A DNA stretch of 51,177 nucleotides from a virus. Its lineage: Duplodnaviria; Heunggongvirae; Uroviricota; Caudoviricetes. The notes under the pieces are model-generated. The model saw only the letters and a program-made list of their open reading frames with translations. It made no database searches and was not told the DNA's origin. The position numbers and the translations under genes are program-made. Positions 21,020 to 31,285 of the stretch are shown in pieces. Numbering within the stretch: the first letter of the stretch is position 1; every line of letters begins with the position of its first letter. The stretch lies in IMG/VR virus record IMGVR_UViG_2579778634_000021. The stretch is one strand, 5' to 3'.

Positions 21020-22601
21020 GTGGTGTTGTCTCCTCTTCCGGCCTGCGACTCTCCGCTATCTGCTGCTGATACGCCTGCGCTATCCACACCGGACGTGAGA
21101 GTCCGGCTTTTTCCCGCTCTGCAGATTCCCTGACCTGCTGGCGGAAAATGTCCTGATAATCCTCGCCCATCAGCGCCAGCTCTTTCTCATACGTGCTCAG
21201 TCCGGCCTCAATGCGCATCACTGATTCCTGAACCTCCTTGAGCCCGTCAATGGCCATTCTTCCGGCTCCAATCCACTCAGCCCGTGACCAGGCTGATCGC
21301 GCCTGATAAAAATCAAAACGTGCCCGTGGCGGACGAATAATCCCCCGAAGAAGTGCCTCTTCCAGCCAGCAGGAAAACATCTGCGTGGCCAGCCGGGACG
21401 CAATAAATTTTCGCCGCCCCATAAAATAGCGCCACGACTCATTGGCGGATGCGCGGGCACTTGAATAACTGACCTTCGAGTAATCACGGGACAACTGTTC
21501 GTAGGAAACGCCAAGACCGGCGGCGATATACCGCAGCAGCGCCTGTTCAAGCGCCGAAAATCCATTGTCTGAATCCTGCGCGGTCTGAAGTTTCAGATCA
21601 TCACCGGGGAAAAGGTGCGGAATTTTGACACCGCCCAGCGTCACGCTATTCGTGTCATACCAGGTGGAGAACTTATCCAGAATATTAATAAGCGGATTAT
21701 CCTTCTGCCCCTGCGGCGCACCGGCGATATATTCAAAGGCCTTTTCGGTATCAAGTTCACTTTCAATCGTCGCTGCATACATGGCTTTAACAATGGCCGA
21801 CTGAAGCTGTGTTGCCTGCAGGGAATCGAGCATCTTCAGCCGTTCCATGACGCTGTAAAACTGATTGGCCCCACGGGTCTGCCCGTCCTCCACCGGCTCG
21901 AAAATATGCAGCATGGCCGGACGCCCGGTGGGAAGTTCACGCGGGATCCGTTCCCATCGTCCACTCCCGGAGCGAGGAAAATCATCCTCACAGATATGGT
22001 ACGCAACGGCACGGCCATATCGATCAACCTCCACACCGGCCCGCAGAAAACGGTTCCCGATACCGTGTCCTGGCGTGTCCACCCGTTTCGGACTCACGGC
22101 TTTAAAACGCGTACGAAACAGTTGCGTGCTCTCCGTATCCCAGACCGGCTGCACAAAGATTTCGCCGTTAAACGCATGAACGCCCACACCTTCACGGATA
22201 AATTCCGTAAACGTGCGTTTCCCTTCCACGTCGATCTCACCAAACATCCCTTCTGCGTATTCTGACCAGGCCGCCTCCACCTCATCGACAAAACTTTTTG
22301 CCGCGGTCTCCCGCATCCCCAGCCAGCGCCAGTTCGGACGGTAGCTAATCAGAAACATATGCCCGACAATGTGATCCTTATGCAGGGCCACCGCATTGGC
22401 CGCTATTCCGTTATTGCGCACCAGATCATCTGCACGGGCATTCCCCAGACGCAACGCGGGCAGCAGGGCCGCATCGGCACTCTGCGAGGGTGGCAACCAC
22501 TCTGCCATTTGCCCGCCAAATCCTGCGCCGCCCCCGTTGTAGCTTAGGCTCTCCCGAAGCGGAACGCCGTTCACATCAATCAGGACAGGCGTTCGTTTCA
22601 T
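21009..22601 (-). CDS. B: portal protein B
   Basis: 530-aa ORF, lambda B-like. Confidence 0.95.
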   Translation of the reverse strand: MKRTPVLIDVNGVPLRESLSYNGGGAGFGGQMAEWLPPSQSADAALLPALRLGNARADDLVRNNGIAANAVALHKDHIVGHMFLISYRPNWRWLGMRETAAKSFVDEVEAAWSEYAEGMFGEIDVEGKRTFTEFIREGVGVHAFNGEIFVQPVWDTESTQLFRTRFKAVSPKRVDTPGHGIGNRFLRAGVEVDRYGRAVAYHICEDDFPRSGSGRWERIPRELPTGRPAMLHIFEPVEDGQTRGANQFYSVMERLKMLDSLQATQLQSAIVKAMYAATIESELDTEKAFEYIAGAPQGQKDNPLINILDKFSTWYDTNSVTLGGVKIPHLFPGDDLKLQTAQDSDNGFSALEQALLRYIAAGLGVSYEQLSRDYSKVSYSSARASANESWRYFMGRRKFIASRLATQMFSCWLEEALLRGIIRPPRARFDFYQARSAWSRAEWIGAGRMAIDGLKEVQESVMRIEAGLSTYEKELALMGEDYQDIFRQQVRESAEREKAGLSRPVWIAQAYQQQIAESRRPEEETTPRET

Positions 22602-22804
22602 AACCTCACTCCCAGCGGACGACGGCGACGGCGGGTTGTCCCCAGTACCGACTCCGCATCATTGATCGCCCGGTTAAGCTCATCCAGAGAAGCTGCCGTA
22701 TATTCAATTCTGCGACCATCTTTCTGGACAGACACCACCCGTTTACCGGTTAATAAATCAAGGCGCGCCTGACGCAGCGCCTGCAGTTCAGCGACTGTAA
22801 CCAT
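22598..22804 (-). CDS. W: head-tail joining protein W
   Basis: 68-aa ORF, the same size as lambda W, between A and B. Confidence 0.85.
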   Translation of the reverse strand: MVTVAELQALRQARLDLLTGKRVVSVQKDGRRIEYTAASLDELNRAINDAESVLGTTRRRRRPLGVRL

Positions 22805-24716
22805 TCACTCCTCCGGACAGCTTCGCTGCCAGTTCTTTAAGGGTTGGCCGGGTCGTCTCTTCTTCCCGGGATTTTGCCAGTACAGCCAGATCAAGCTGCC
22901 AGCGTTGCACGGACACACGTAATGCCGCGTAGGCATACACCAGGCAGTCCAGCGCTTCGTTACGCCGCTTTTTGTTATCCCACAGCAGACGCATCTTTCC
23001 TTTTTCCCACTTCTCCACAAGCTCTTCCGCGACCAGTTGCTGCGCCTCTGTCTGCGAAAAAATCTCCGGATCATCAGGAAAACGGATGGCATACGACGTG
23101 GCTTCATCCGCAGGCGTGGGCTCGGCTTTCATACGGGCATAGAGAATTTCTTTTGCGGTGTCCGTCCCCACTTCACACAGATAAACGCCCCGCTGATTGC
23201 GGGTTTTTGGCATGGTGATCACCGGCTTGCCATAAACAGATGCACCTTTTACCGGCAGCACCCGGAAAACACCGTGTTTTTTTGACCTCTGATAGACAAT
23301 TTCGCCATCGATCCCCCCGGTGTCCCAGCAGACACGGGAAATGGTCATTTCGGTTCCGTCTGCATGGCGGTATTTTTTGTTGATCGCCACATCCACACGT
23401 AACAGCGTCTCTTCCTCATCGGGACGCCCCATAATGATGATTTTATCCACCAGAAAGGCTTCCTCTCCCGGAGCCCATCCCCAGACATACATCTCAAAAC
23501 GGTTTCGCTGCGAGTCAATGCCCGCCGTCAGATAAACCACCCGGGAAGGCACCGCAGCCGTGTAACGCACAACCTTATCCATCAGCACCTGGTGATCGAG
23601 TTTTTCACCCACGGCCTCTTCCCAGGTCTCGCCCAGCGTGGTGTTCACAAAGGTTTTCAGCCCGTTGGGATCTTTCAGTGCATCCAGCCAGTCATAGACA
23701 ATCTGTACCCAGGTGGTGAACGGACTGTACGCCGTCCAGATATGGAATGTGATGGAGCGCGGCGGCGGAATTTCATTATCCGCGGCGCTGAAAAACGTCA
23801 GGCCGTCACGGGTCCACATGCCCGTGTTTTCACAGATCCACCGCCCGTTGCTCTGGTCAAGCTCAGACTGATGGATCACGCAGCCATGATGTTCACAGAG
23901 GTAGAAAACGCTTTCGGGGCTGTCCTTCTCCCATTTAAGGCCAAAAGGCGTGGACTCATCGCCAAATTTCAGATACTGCGCCTCCCCACAGTGCGGGCAG
24001 GGCACATAAAAACGCATGAAATGCGCCGACTCGTTGGCCGCTTTTTCGATCTGGCAGGAGCCTTTTATTTTAGGCGTCGAGCCGCGAATGGATTTTGGCC
24101 ATACCGAGCCCTCAATACGCTTATCCCCCAGCAGGGTTGGCGAGCCCTCTTTTTCGACATCCGGCTCGAACGAGGAAAGTTCGTCATAGCAGACCACGTC
24201 CACGGATTTTTCACGGTAGTTTTTGGCGGCAGCGCCGCCCAGGCACCAGAAGCCCACACCCGATGAAAAGCGTTTCAGCGTGATGGTATTATCACGATGT
24301 TTACGTCCCAGCCAGGGAGAAAGTTTTTTCAGGCAGGGAACATCGCGAATCGTCGCCTCCACGTGAGACTTCATAAAATCTTCAGCGGCAGAATCCGTGG
24401 GCTGAAAAAGCAGACTGTTTCGGGATTTATGCTCAATAAAATACCCGGCGACTCCCAGCAACATCTTTGTATAGCCAACACGGGCAGATTTAATCAGATT
24501 AACAGTCCGGATCTGATCATTCCCCATGCTGTTCATGATGGCGATCTGGAACGGCAGCGTTTTCCATTCTCCCTCACCATATGAAGATTCTTTAGGCAGA
24601 TAATAATTTTGATCAGCCCATTCAACTGGCGTCACCGGCAATGCCCTTATCAGGGGCTGTAATGCTGTTGTGACAGCACTCATCATATTATTCAGTTGTT
24701 GCTCTGATATATTCAT
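22788..24716 (-). CDS. A: terminase large subunit A
   Basis: Start taken at MNISEQQ. Strong lambda gpA-like similarity along the whole length. Confidence 0.95.
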   Translation of the reverse strand: MNISEQQLNNMMSAVTTALQPLIRALPVTPVEWADQNYYLPKESSYGEGEWKTLPFQIAIMNSMGNDQIRTVNLIKSARVGYTKMLLGVAGYFIEHKSRNSLLFQPTDSAAEDFMKSHVEATIRDVPCLKKLSPWLGRKHRDNTITLKRFSSGVGFWCLGGAAAKNYREKSVDVVCYDELSSFEPDVEKEGSPTLLGDKRIEGSVWPKSIRGSTPKIKGSCQIEKAANESAHFMRFYVPCPHCGEAQYLKFGDESTPFGLKWEKDSPESVFYLCEHHGCVIHQSELDQSNGRWICENTGMWTRDGLTFFSAADNEIPPPRSITFHIWTAYSPFTTWVQIVYDWLDALKDPNGLKTFVNTTLGETWEEAVGEKLDHQVLMDKVVRYTAAVPSRVVYLTAGIDSQRNRFEMYVWGWAPGEEAFLVDKIIIMGRPDEEETLLRVDVAINKKYRHADGTEMTISRVCWDTGGIDGEIVYQRSKKHGVFRVLPVKGASVYGKPVITMPKTRNQRGVYLCEVGTDTAKEILYARMKAEPTPADEATSYAIRFPDDPEIFSQTEAQQLVAEELVEKWEKGKMRLLWDNKKRRNEALDCLVYAYAALRVSVQRWQLDLAVLAKSREEETTRPTLKELAAKLSGGVNGYSR

Positions 24717-25197
24717 CGAGTAAATCCGGTAATTTATCCCCCGCCCGCGCACACTGATTTGCCCCCTTCGCAATAAGGGTTTTCAGATGGTCAAGATGGC
24801 GCGGTGTTAAATCAGGAAACTGTCGCTGCATGGATAAAGGGATGGAATCAAGCGTACTGGATAACGCCATTGCCAGCTTGCTGAGGGCAAAAATACAGAA
24901 CCCGGTGTCAATAAGTTTTCCTTTTGACACCTCATTTTTTAACTGCTGTGTAACAGCCTGTTCTGCTGTCAGTTCCCATCTGGCAATAAGCAATTTCTCC
25001 TCATAGTCGTCTTCGCTATCGCCATCAGGCACATCGTTTTTACTTCTTCTCAGATACGATATGTAAAAATCGCGCCAGGCATCCAGATCCAGTTGCCCTC
25101 GCTTATTCGATATCGGGGCACCCGGCAATTTCTGCAATCTGCGAAGCTGGCGATCGGTCAGACTTAAATGCCTGGCAACTTCAGTCTGCGTAGCCAC
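24688..25197 (-). CDS. Nu1: terminase small subunit Nu1-like
   Basis: 169-aa ORF. The N-terminal region is compatible with a helix-turn-helix. The C-terminal half matches lambda Nu1. Overlaps the A start as in lambda. Confidence 0.85.
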   Translation of the reverse strand: MATQTEVARHLSLTDRQLRRLQKLPGAPISNKRGQLDLDAWRDFYISYLRRSKNDVPDGDSEDDYEEKLLIARWELTAEQAVTQQLKNEVSKGKLIDTGFCIFALSKLAMALSSTLDSIPLSMQRQFPDLTPRHLDHLKTLIAKGANQCARAGDKLPDLLDEYIRATTE

Positions 25198-25339
25198 TCC
25201 TCACCTCGCAAAAACTCTCACCTCACAATCACAACAAAACCGGTCATGTCCGGTTTTAGTGTCTATTTTTTGCGCATGTCCGGTTCATGGAAAGCATGTT
25301 TTTATATTTTTCATATGGTTAACTTGCAGAGAAACCGGA

Positions 25340-25392
25340 CATGGATCCCGGAAAATTTTCATAAATAGTGAAAATCCGCGAGGTCGCCGCCC
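25340..25392 (-). other. cos site (cosN cohesive end GGGCGGCGACCT at 25381..25392 on the minus strand)
   Basis: Plus strand reads cccggaaaattttcataaatagtgaaaatccgcgaggtcgccgccc, a near match to the reverse complement of the lambda left end. It lies 184 bp upstream of the Nu1 start. Confidence 0.9.
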
Positions 25393-25651
25393 CGTAACGG
25401 CCCGGATCGCCGGAAAGGACCCGGCAAAATGATAATGATTGTCAGTTGCAACAAAATCCAGTTTCTTCCACCATCGCACCGGACCAGCGACCATGAGGGG
25501 ACAACGCCGCGCTCCGTTAACGCGGTAAACCCCGGTGTGTATCGTTTTTGATTATCCCCGCACACTCTCGCAGAGGAGTCTCCCTGTCGGGCTGCGGTCT
25601 CTGTTAATGCAGGAATACGGCGACAATACCGCGCATGGATAATAAGGTCGC

Positions 25652-25876
25652 TCAACACACTGGCTGTAATGCAGCGGATACCATGCGGCATTTAGCGGCA
25701 TTCATCGTACACTCAACGGTTAGCTCTTCATTCGTGGCATTCACCTGAAAGGTCCGGGAGTGTAATTGCGTACATTTACCACTGAACGAACCTTCAACAA
25801 GAACACGACCACGCTGCAAAATACGGAACGGAATTGTTCCCTGAAAAGGCTTTACGGTTACCAGTAATTTCTTCAT
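25652..25876 (-). CDS. hypothetical small protein between Rz and cos
   Basis: 74-aa ORF with MKK start; no family recognised. Confidence 0.4.
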   Translation of the reverse strand: MKKLLVTVKPFQGTIPFRILQRGRVLVEGSFSGKCTQLHSRTFQVNATNEELTVECTMNAAKCRMVSAALQPVC

Positions 25877-25899
25877 ACATCCTCCGGATAATAAAAAGA

Positions 25900-26373
25900 C
25901 TACTTAATGCACTGAGTACGGATATATTCCTGCGCCCCTTCCAGTTGCTTCTGCATCGTCATCAGCCGCTCTCTGAGGGTGAAATAATCCCGTGTAACGG
26001 TGTCTGCCAGTCGGGGGCCGGTTGCATTATCCACGCGGGCGGTGCCGGTGGCTTCACGCACGGGACCTGGACAGGTGGCGTTGATACGCAGGCGCTTACG
26101 ACCAGCGGCAACGTCAGCGCGAAAAGTTTCATTTTCAGCTCTCGCATCAGCTAATTCCCTCGAGTATTTTGCATCGAGCGCAGCAACATCGCGCTGGCGC
26201 ACCTGCATATCAGTAATGGTTGCGTTCGCCAGCTTCAGTTCACTGGCTTTGTTATCGCGCTGCGCTTTGTAGGTAATCGCGTTATCACGGTAATGGTCTG
26301 TTGCCATCCACAGCGCTCCACAGGCCACCAGCAGAATAACGATAAACGCGGAAAGCATTCGGTTTATGTTCAC
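25900..26373 (-). CDS. Rz: i-spanin Rz
   Basis: 157 aa. N-terminal transmembrane segment and a coiled coil that matches lambda Rz ([14 protein letters not shown]...). Uses a GTG start overlapping the upstream stop. Confidence 0.9.
   Translation of the reverse strand: MNINRMLSAFIVILLVACGALWMATDHYRDNAITYKAQRDNKASELKLANATITDMQVRQRDVAALDAKYSRELADARAENETFRADVAAGRKRLRINATCPGPVREATGTARVDNATGPRLADTVTRDYFTLRERLMTMQKQLEGAQEYIRTQCIK
25962..26147 (-). CDS. Rz1: o-spanin Rz1 (embedded in Rz, +1 frame)
   Basis: 61-aa ORF with a lipobox (VVSAC) and the proline-rich motif [21 protein letters not shown], as in lambda Rz1. Confidence 0.85.
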   Translation of the reverse strand: MRELKMKLFALTLPLVVSACVSTPPVQVPCVKPPAPPAWIMQPAPDWQTPLHGIISPSESG

Positions 26374-26501
26374 CCCAGCAGCCCCGACGAAGACAACATC
26401 ATCCAGGCCATGGAAAGAAAAAGAGCAACCAGCATTAGTGAAAATGAAATGCCGACAATTACACAGAGGATCTTCGCCAGCGTTATGAGTTTGTCTGACA
26501 T
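26370..26501 (-). CDS. small single-pass membrane protein (lysis-cassette ORF)
   Basis: 43-aa ORF ([29 protein letters not shown]...) after a GGGAGG ribosome-binding site. Its TGA stop overlaps the Rz GTG start. Confidence 0.45.
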   Translation of the reverse strand: MSDKLITLAKILCVIVGISFSLMLVALFLSMAWMMLSSSGLLG

Positions 26502-26515
26502 GCTTAATCCTCCCT

Positions 26516-26698
26516 TCACGATTTCAACGCAATGACCAGTTTTGCCAGCCCATACAGCATCGGGGACACAGCAACACCGACCGCCACCCACTTAATGGCA
26601 AAAGCCAGTGCTCTGCTGATGTCATCAGTTACAGGCGCTTTCAGTTCAAGGCCGTTTTTCATAGTCAACCTCAACAGAATTCGTTTATACTTTTCCAT
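26516..26698 (-). CDS. small membrane protein (lysis-cassette ORF)
   Basis: 60-aa ORF ([11 protein letters not shown]...) after an AAGGGAG ribosome-binding site, with a hydrophobic C-terminal helix. Confidence 0.45.
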   Translation of the reverse strand: MEKYKRILLRLTMKNGLELKAPVTDDISRALAFAIKWVAVGVAVSPMLYGLAKLVIALKS

Positions 26699-26736
26699 GT
26701 TCTCCCTTGCCTTATCCAAGGTCAGAAACACAAAAC

Positions 26737-26766
26737 CCCGCTTGCAGCCAACAAACGGGGTTTTTA
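26737..26766. terminator. intrinsic terminator hairpin downstream of the endolysin gene
   Basis: Stem ccccg/cgggg flanked by U-rich runs on both strands. Confidence 0.5.
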
Positions 26767-26854
26767 CTTTTATTCACTTAGTTTTTGTCAGTTCGCAGGA
26801 TTTCGTGTTATCCGCCCGTGTGAGCAAACCGCATTTTTCAGCAAAATATTCTGC

Positions 26855-27388
26855 TTATCTGTCAATTCCCCAGCACGCCAGCGCACTCTCCTGGTCACGA
26901 CGGGATACCTGACCGTAACAGTTATTTGAGCGAATACGGCAGTCTCTGCCACCGTCCTTAATCCACCAGCGAATTTCAGCACATGCACCTTTCCGGTCTC
27001 CGGCGTTCAGTTTCCGGTAAAACGTTGAGGTGAAGCATTTCGAAGGCCCGATGTTGTACGGACAGAATGACGCGATGCCCGCTTTCTGCGGTTCAGTCAG
27101 TGGCAATTTGATGTTTTTCTCCACCCATGCCAGCGCCTTATCACGTTCAATGGCATTAACCTGAGCGCATTTTTCCTTCGACAACTTCATGCCCGGGACG
27201 ACAGGTTTGCCATCCACCATGATGGCACCACGGCAGATGGTCCAGATCCCCGCACCATCACGGTATGCCGTGGTGTGGTTACCTTCTTTTTCGTCAAGAA
27301 ACTGGTCGAGGATTTCAGGCGCAGAAGCACCTGTGGCAATCATCGCCAGAACGGCTACCGATAAACCATAGTGGAGTTTCCTGCTCAT
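26855..27388 (-). CDS. R: endolysin, lysozyme type with an N-terminal signal-anchor-release (SAR) domain
   Basis: 177 aa. Weakly hydrophobic N-terminal segment followed by a lysozyme-like catalytic region (EGNHTTAYRDGAGIWTICRG). Confidence 0.85.
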   Translation of the reverse strand: MSRKLHYGLSVAVLAMIATGASAPEILDQFLDEKEGNHTTAYRDGAGIWTICRGAIMVDGKPVVPGMKLSKEKCAQVNAIERDKALAWVEKNIKLPLTEPQKAGIASFCPYNIGPSKCFTSTFYRKLNAGDRKGACAEIRWWIKDGGRDCRIRSNNCYGQVSRRDQESALACWGIDR

Positions 27389-27392
27389 CAGC

Positions 27393-27608
27393 TTACTCTC
27401 CCCGCGCAGCTTTGCGCCGGTCTTCTTTAATCTTGAAATACAGATTCGTCAGGTATGTCAGGAACCCCAGACACAGGCTCCCCAAAACCCCGATAGCAGC
27501 CCACTGTGACGGAGTAACCTGATCCAACCACTGTAGAAACCAGTAACCCGCACTGCCCGCAGAAGTACCATAGGCTATGCCCGTTGATATTTTTTCCATC
27601 TGATACAT
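27393..27608 (-). CDS. S: class II pinholin (phage 21 S-like)
   Basis: 71 aa, near-identical by recall to S21, with the dual-start motif MYQMEK and two transmembrane helices. Confidence 0.9.
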   Translation of the reverse strand: MYQMEKISTGIAYGTSAGSAGYWFLQWLDQVTPSQWAAIGVLGSLCLGFLTYLTNLYFKIKEDRRKAARGE

Positions 27609-27684
27609 ATCCCCGCCCCGACAGACCTGTGCTACCGGAAATAAAAAAGGCCATCAGTGTTTTACTGATGGCCCTGCCCCGCCG

Positions 27685-27975
27685 TTACAGCATTGTGCCC
27701 GGTTCGGGTTGTGTGTCTGTCATATCCGTCACCGGTGACTCCGGCTGAATATCACCATTTTCCGTGGTGACATCTTCCGCCTGTGGTTCCGGAAGCAGTT
27801 CCGGGGATGGTTCCGGCTGTGCACCAAGCAATTCATCCAGAATTGAATCCACTTCTGCATCAAGACGCTCTTCCAGATTCTGGCGGAGTTTTTGTTTCAG
27901 GACGCTTCTGACTTCTTCAGAGCGAATGACTTCCTTCACTGCCTCAGCAGTGACCAGTTGTTTTATATCTGTCAT
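27685..27975 (-). CDS. hypothetical acidic protein
   Basis: 96-aa ORF from MTDIKQLV, with a Glu/Pro-rich C-terminus. Confidence 0.4.
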   Translation of the reverse strand: MTDIKQLVTAEAVKEVIRSEEVRSVLKQKLRQNLEERLDAEVDSILDELLGAQPEPSPELLPEPQAEDVTTENGDIQPESPVTDMTDTQPEPGTML

Positions 27976-28000
27976 GAGATTTTCTCGTTGAAAGGGGTTA

Positions 28001-28195
28001 TTAAGAAGGTTGTTCCGGAATGAGTGGGGCTTCTGTTTTTGCTCCGGCTGACTGAGTGGCGCTGATTTTCTCAGCGGCCCTTTTGTCAATCTGTCTGCGC
28101 CAGAAGTCGCGTACTGCCCTGTATCCACCTGAAAGAAGATACAACACACAGACCACCGTACAGAAGTACAGCATTAACTGGTTGATGAATGTCAT
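28001..28195 (-). CDS. hypothetical small membrane protein
   Basis: 64-aa ORF with one N-terminal transmembrane helix. Confidence 0.4.
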   Translation of the reverse strand: MTFINQLMLYFCTVVCVLYLLSGGYRAVRDFWRRQIDKRAAEKISATQSAGAKTEAPLIPEQPS

Positions 28196-28336
28196 GGTTT
28201 ATTACCGTTACTGTTGACAATGAGAACTGTTTTCATTTAGAAATGATTGATGTCGAAAGCATCCTTTCGTTAGATTCTCCATTGGGATTACCTCCGCCAG
28301 TCTCCATTCCTGTTGCTGGCGGTTTTTTTTCGTCTG

Positions 28337-30310
28337 TTATGCTGCTACGGCATTCACACCAACAGTAAGACTTTCAATCAGCACAGGGTAAGTTGCCGCA
28401 TTTCCGGTAATATCCGTAATTGCCAGCGCGTTGGCCTCAAAGGCTGCATTCGTCCATCTGGTCAGCGTAAACGGTTTTCCTGCTGCATTATCAAGCACCG
28501 GCGTGACGTTCAGCGAGCCACCACCCGGGAAGCGGAAAGTCAGCGTGTGCCAGTCGTGATCGAACGGACCATAACTACCAAGCCGCTGTGATGTGGTGTT
28601 TGCATGATACATCACATTGATGTTTGTTTTATCAGTCTGCAGATAGAAGGCCGCAATATAACCCTCCTCTGATTCCGCTCCCGGCCATCCACTACCGCGC
28701 CAGTAAATACCCGCAGAATATTGATTTGCAGAAGCATTGAGAGATACATCATCGGGGATTTTAAAGCGCAGCGTGATTTCACCGCCGTTATCGAACAGCT
28801 CCTTCCCCTTACCGGCATCAATTGCGTGCGATACTTTCCAGGTCTTTTTCTGTGCAAGACCATTTTCTGGTTTTTCAAGACGAAGGGCTTTTTTACCTGA
28901 ACCACTGTCACTGACCAGCGTGTTTTTGACATCTGTCAGCGTCCAGCCCTGCGAAGCCAGAGCGGCATTTTCCGCATTCACATCATAAGCCAGCACTGAC
29001 TGTATCTTTGTCGGGACAACGGCTTCAGGCTGAGTATCGCCACTCTCCTGTGCTGGTTGCGATACGCCTCCGCCTGAAGAAACCGCGGCTTTTGTCACTT
29101 TCCCGGAAACAAAATCTGCCACTCTGCCCACATGCAGAAGAATGGCTGTTGCCAGACGGTCGGAAATAATTCCGCGACGCGCCCATGAACCAAAGTGGGT
29201 TTTACGATCGGATGTTGTCCAGCTCTTCGCATCCGTTCGTCCACCGGAACCATAATACCCGATAGCCGGAATATCCGGGTCTTCTGACGGTTCATTGGTC
29301 CCGACTTTCTGACCATTGTCATCCATCATAAACGGCACAAAGAAGATATTTTTACCGGCTTTGGTTTTGTATGCGCCATAGACGGCATCGTATTGCGCTG
29401 AATACGTCTCCTTCCAGTAGTACGTCGTGTCACCACAAATCCAGGGCACCAGAGAAGGAGAAGCACCAGCGCACTGACCGGATACTCCCGCCAGGTCAGA
29501 ACGGTATTTTTCCACCATGGCATCAAACATGGCGGGCTGACTGGCGTACGCTCCCTGTTTTAAATCAAACTCGCCCTGCATCCAGACAACACAAAGCAGT
29601 ATGTTTTTGGGGTTTGCCTTCAGCGCGGCCTGAGTGCGTGTCAGCAGGTCTTTATACAACGGCTTATCAACGCCCCATCGTTCAGATTTATCCGACGCTC
29701 CTGAACTTTCACTGAACGTTCCGTCAGCACCGGCTGTAAACGCAGAGCCACCACGACAGCACGGCACTAACAAAATACCCGCATTTTCCGGCATAAAGGG
29801 CAACAGCTTTTTGGCAATATGCAATCCCTGTCCGACACACCCATACTGCTCTGCGCTGGCTTTCGGATGAGAAAAACGGCTCAAATCCTGCACATCATGC
29901 AGGCAGTGGTCCGCCGGAATGATGTCGTTATATGCACAGGCCGCACCACCCGGTGTCACCGTACTGCGACGCGCCAGCTGTTTAATACGCGGGTCCGGAC
30001 GGTCATATGTCTCCGGCAGCGGCAGGCCTTCACCATACGCCATGCCGTTTGACTGTCCGGCCAGCGCAATGACAAAGTAATATTCTGGTTCAACAACAAC
30101 AGTCCGGGTACCATCTCCCCCCGGTGAAACTACCGGAGAGGTCATATCCCCTTCAGCGACTATAGCCTGGATAAATTCAGCACCATAACCCGCGTTTGAG
30201 ATAATCGGACTACCATAGGGTTGCCAGCCTTCCTTCAGTTTTTGCGTCAGTTTTCCTGCGAGGTCTGACGGCGATGATGCCCTGACCACGTCATAGTGTT
30301 TAAATGCCAT
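28337..30310 (-). CDS. nanS: prophage sialate O-acetylesterase-like protein (NanS-p type)
   Basis: About 657 aa from MAFKHYDVV. N-terminal domain typical of prophage NanS-p, a GQSN esterase motif, and the usual position between the Q region and the lysis cassette. Confidence 0.75.
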   Translation of the reverse strand: MAFKHYDVVRASSPSDLAGKLTQKLKEGWQPYGSPIISNAGYGAEFIQAIVAEGDMTSPVVSPGGDGTRTVVVEPEYYFVIALAGQSNGMAYGEGLPLPETYDRPDPRIKQLARRSTVTPGGAACAYNDIIPADHCLHDVQDLSRFSHPKASAEQYGCVGQGLHIAKKLLPFMPENAGILLVPCCRGGSAFTAGADGTFSESSGASDKSERWGVDKPLYKDLLTRTQAALKANPKNILLCVVWMQGEFDLKQGAYASQPAMFDAMVEKYRSDLAGVSGQCAGASPSLVPWICGDTTYYWKETYSAQYDAVYGAYKTKAGKNIFFVPFMMDDNGQKVGTNEPSEDPDIPAIGYYGSGGRTDAKSWTTSDRKTHFGSWARRGIISDRLATAILLHVGRVADFVSGKVTKAAVSSGGGVSQPAQESGDTQPEAVVPTKIQSVLAYDVNAENAALASQGWTLTDVKNTLVSDSGSGKKALRLEKPENGLAQKKTWKVSHAIDAGKGKELFDNGGEITLRFKIPDDVSLNASANQYSAGIYWRGSGWPGAESEEGYIAAFYLQTDKTNINVMYHANTTSQRLGSYGPFDHDWHTLTFRFPGGGSLNVTPVLDNAAGKPFTLTRWTNAAFEANALAITDITGNAATYPVLIESLTVGVNAVAA

Positions 30311-30513
30311 TATTCCTCCCGGCAGGGATAGTGTATGCAATCAAGATAAGGTGCGGGCTGACGTCAGTCATGGACAAGGGTTCAGAAACAGGAGGATGAC
30401 TACAGCCCGCAATACGAAAAAGACCATACAGTTGCGCAGAGTGATTACTGTCGGGTATTATTCGCCAGCTGAAAATTGATCACTTCACGTTTTGTTGTTT
30501 ATTCCTTGCCACC

Positions 30514-30570
30514 CGCGCTTCCCGGCGCGGGCTTTTTTTTATCCAACAAGAAAGCCCCTCCGGAGAGGGG
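30514..30570. terminator. two back-to-back terminator hairpins
   Basis: cccgcgc..gcgcggg followed by T8 (plus strand), then gcccctccggagaggggc with a U-rich run on the minus strand. Confidence 0.5.
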
Positions 30571-30800
30571 CTGGAGAGTAGCGCTATGTACCGTTCATGC
30601 ATGGTGCAGGGTGCCTCCCGGTGAGTTCAGTATCAGCACCTGAACCCGCACCAGAAAGGATAAGGGGTGTGACCAAACACCTGTCGCTGATATGCCCCTC
30701 CGCACAGGGGGATTCACCATGCCATATTTTTTTAACAAACTTCCCGCTGGCCAGACAATAATCGCCAGCCTGAATTGTGAGTAACGTGGCATTTTACGGG
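30545..30800 (-). repeat. repeat unit 1 (about 250 bp, begins with the hairpin aaagcccctccggagaggggct)
   Basis: Shares several long blocks with 31025..31285, for example catggtgc.gggtgcctcccggt and gggggattcacc...tttttaacaaa...gccagacaat. Confidence 0.6.
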
Positions 30801-31024
30801 AAAACTGTTTTCTGCAGTAAAAAGGCCCGCCGGAGCGAGCCTGGAAGGATAGCGGTCATGTGATGCCGGTTTCCCGGTAACTCAGCATCGGTATCTGAGT
30901 CAACGTTTTCTCTACTGGGTCATTTCCGATACGTTCCGCCTTCCGGCAGACTTTCATCACGTCAGAAAATATAGCACCCTGAGTAACAGGACAGTACTCA
31001 GAATTCAGGAAACTGTGACACATC

Positions 31025-31285
31025 CTGCACAGAAAAGCCCCTCCGGAGAGGGGCTGAAGTATAGCCTAATTTCTGTCTGTCGCATGGTGCCAGGTGCCTC
31101 CCGGTAAATTCAGCCTGGCTACTGAATTTGCATGTTCGCTGGATCATACACTTTGCCAGATGCCCCGCCGCTGAGGGGGATTCACCACGCGATGCAATTT
31201 TTAACAAATTCTCCGGCAGCCAGACAATCATCAAGCTGTGGAATTGTGAGGTATTTAAAAATTTCGCAGCCTCTTGCCACCCGCT
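31025..31285 (-). repeat. repeat unit 2
   Basis: Same block order as unit 1. A degenerate third copy lies between them at about 30821..30960. Confidence 0.6.

Noticed and set aside
25359-25691. 110-aa minus-strand ORF overlapping the cos site
   Set aside because: It overlaps cosN and the cosB region, has no ribosome-binding site, and has atypical composition. Probably noncoding.
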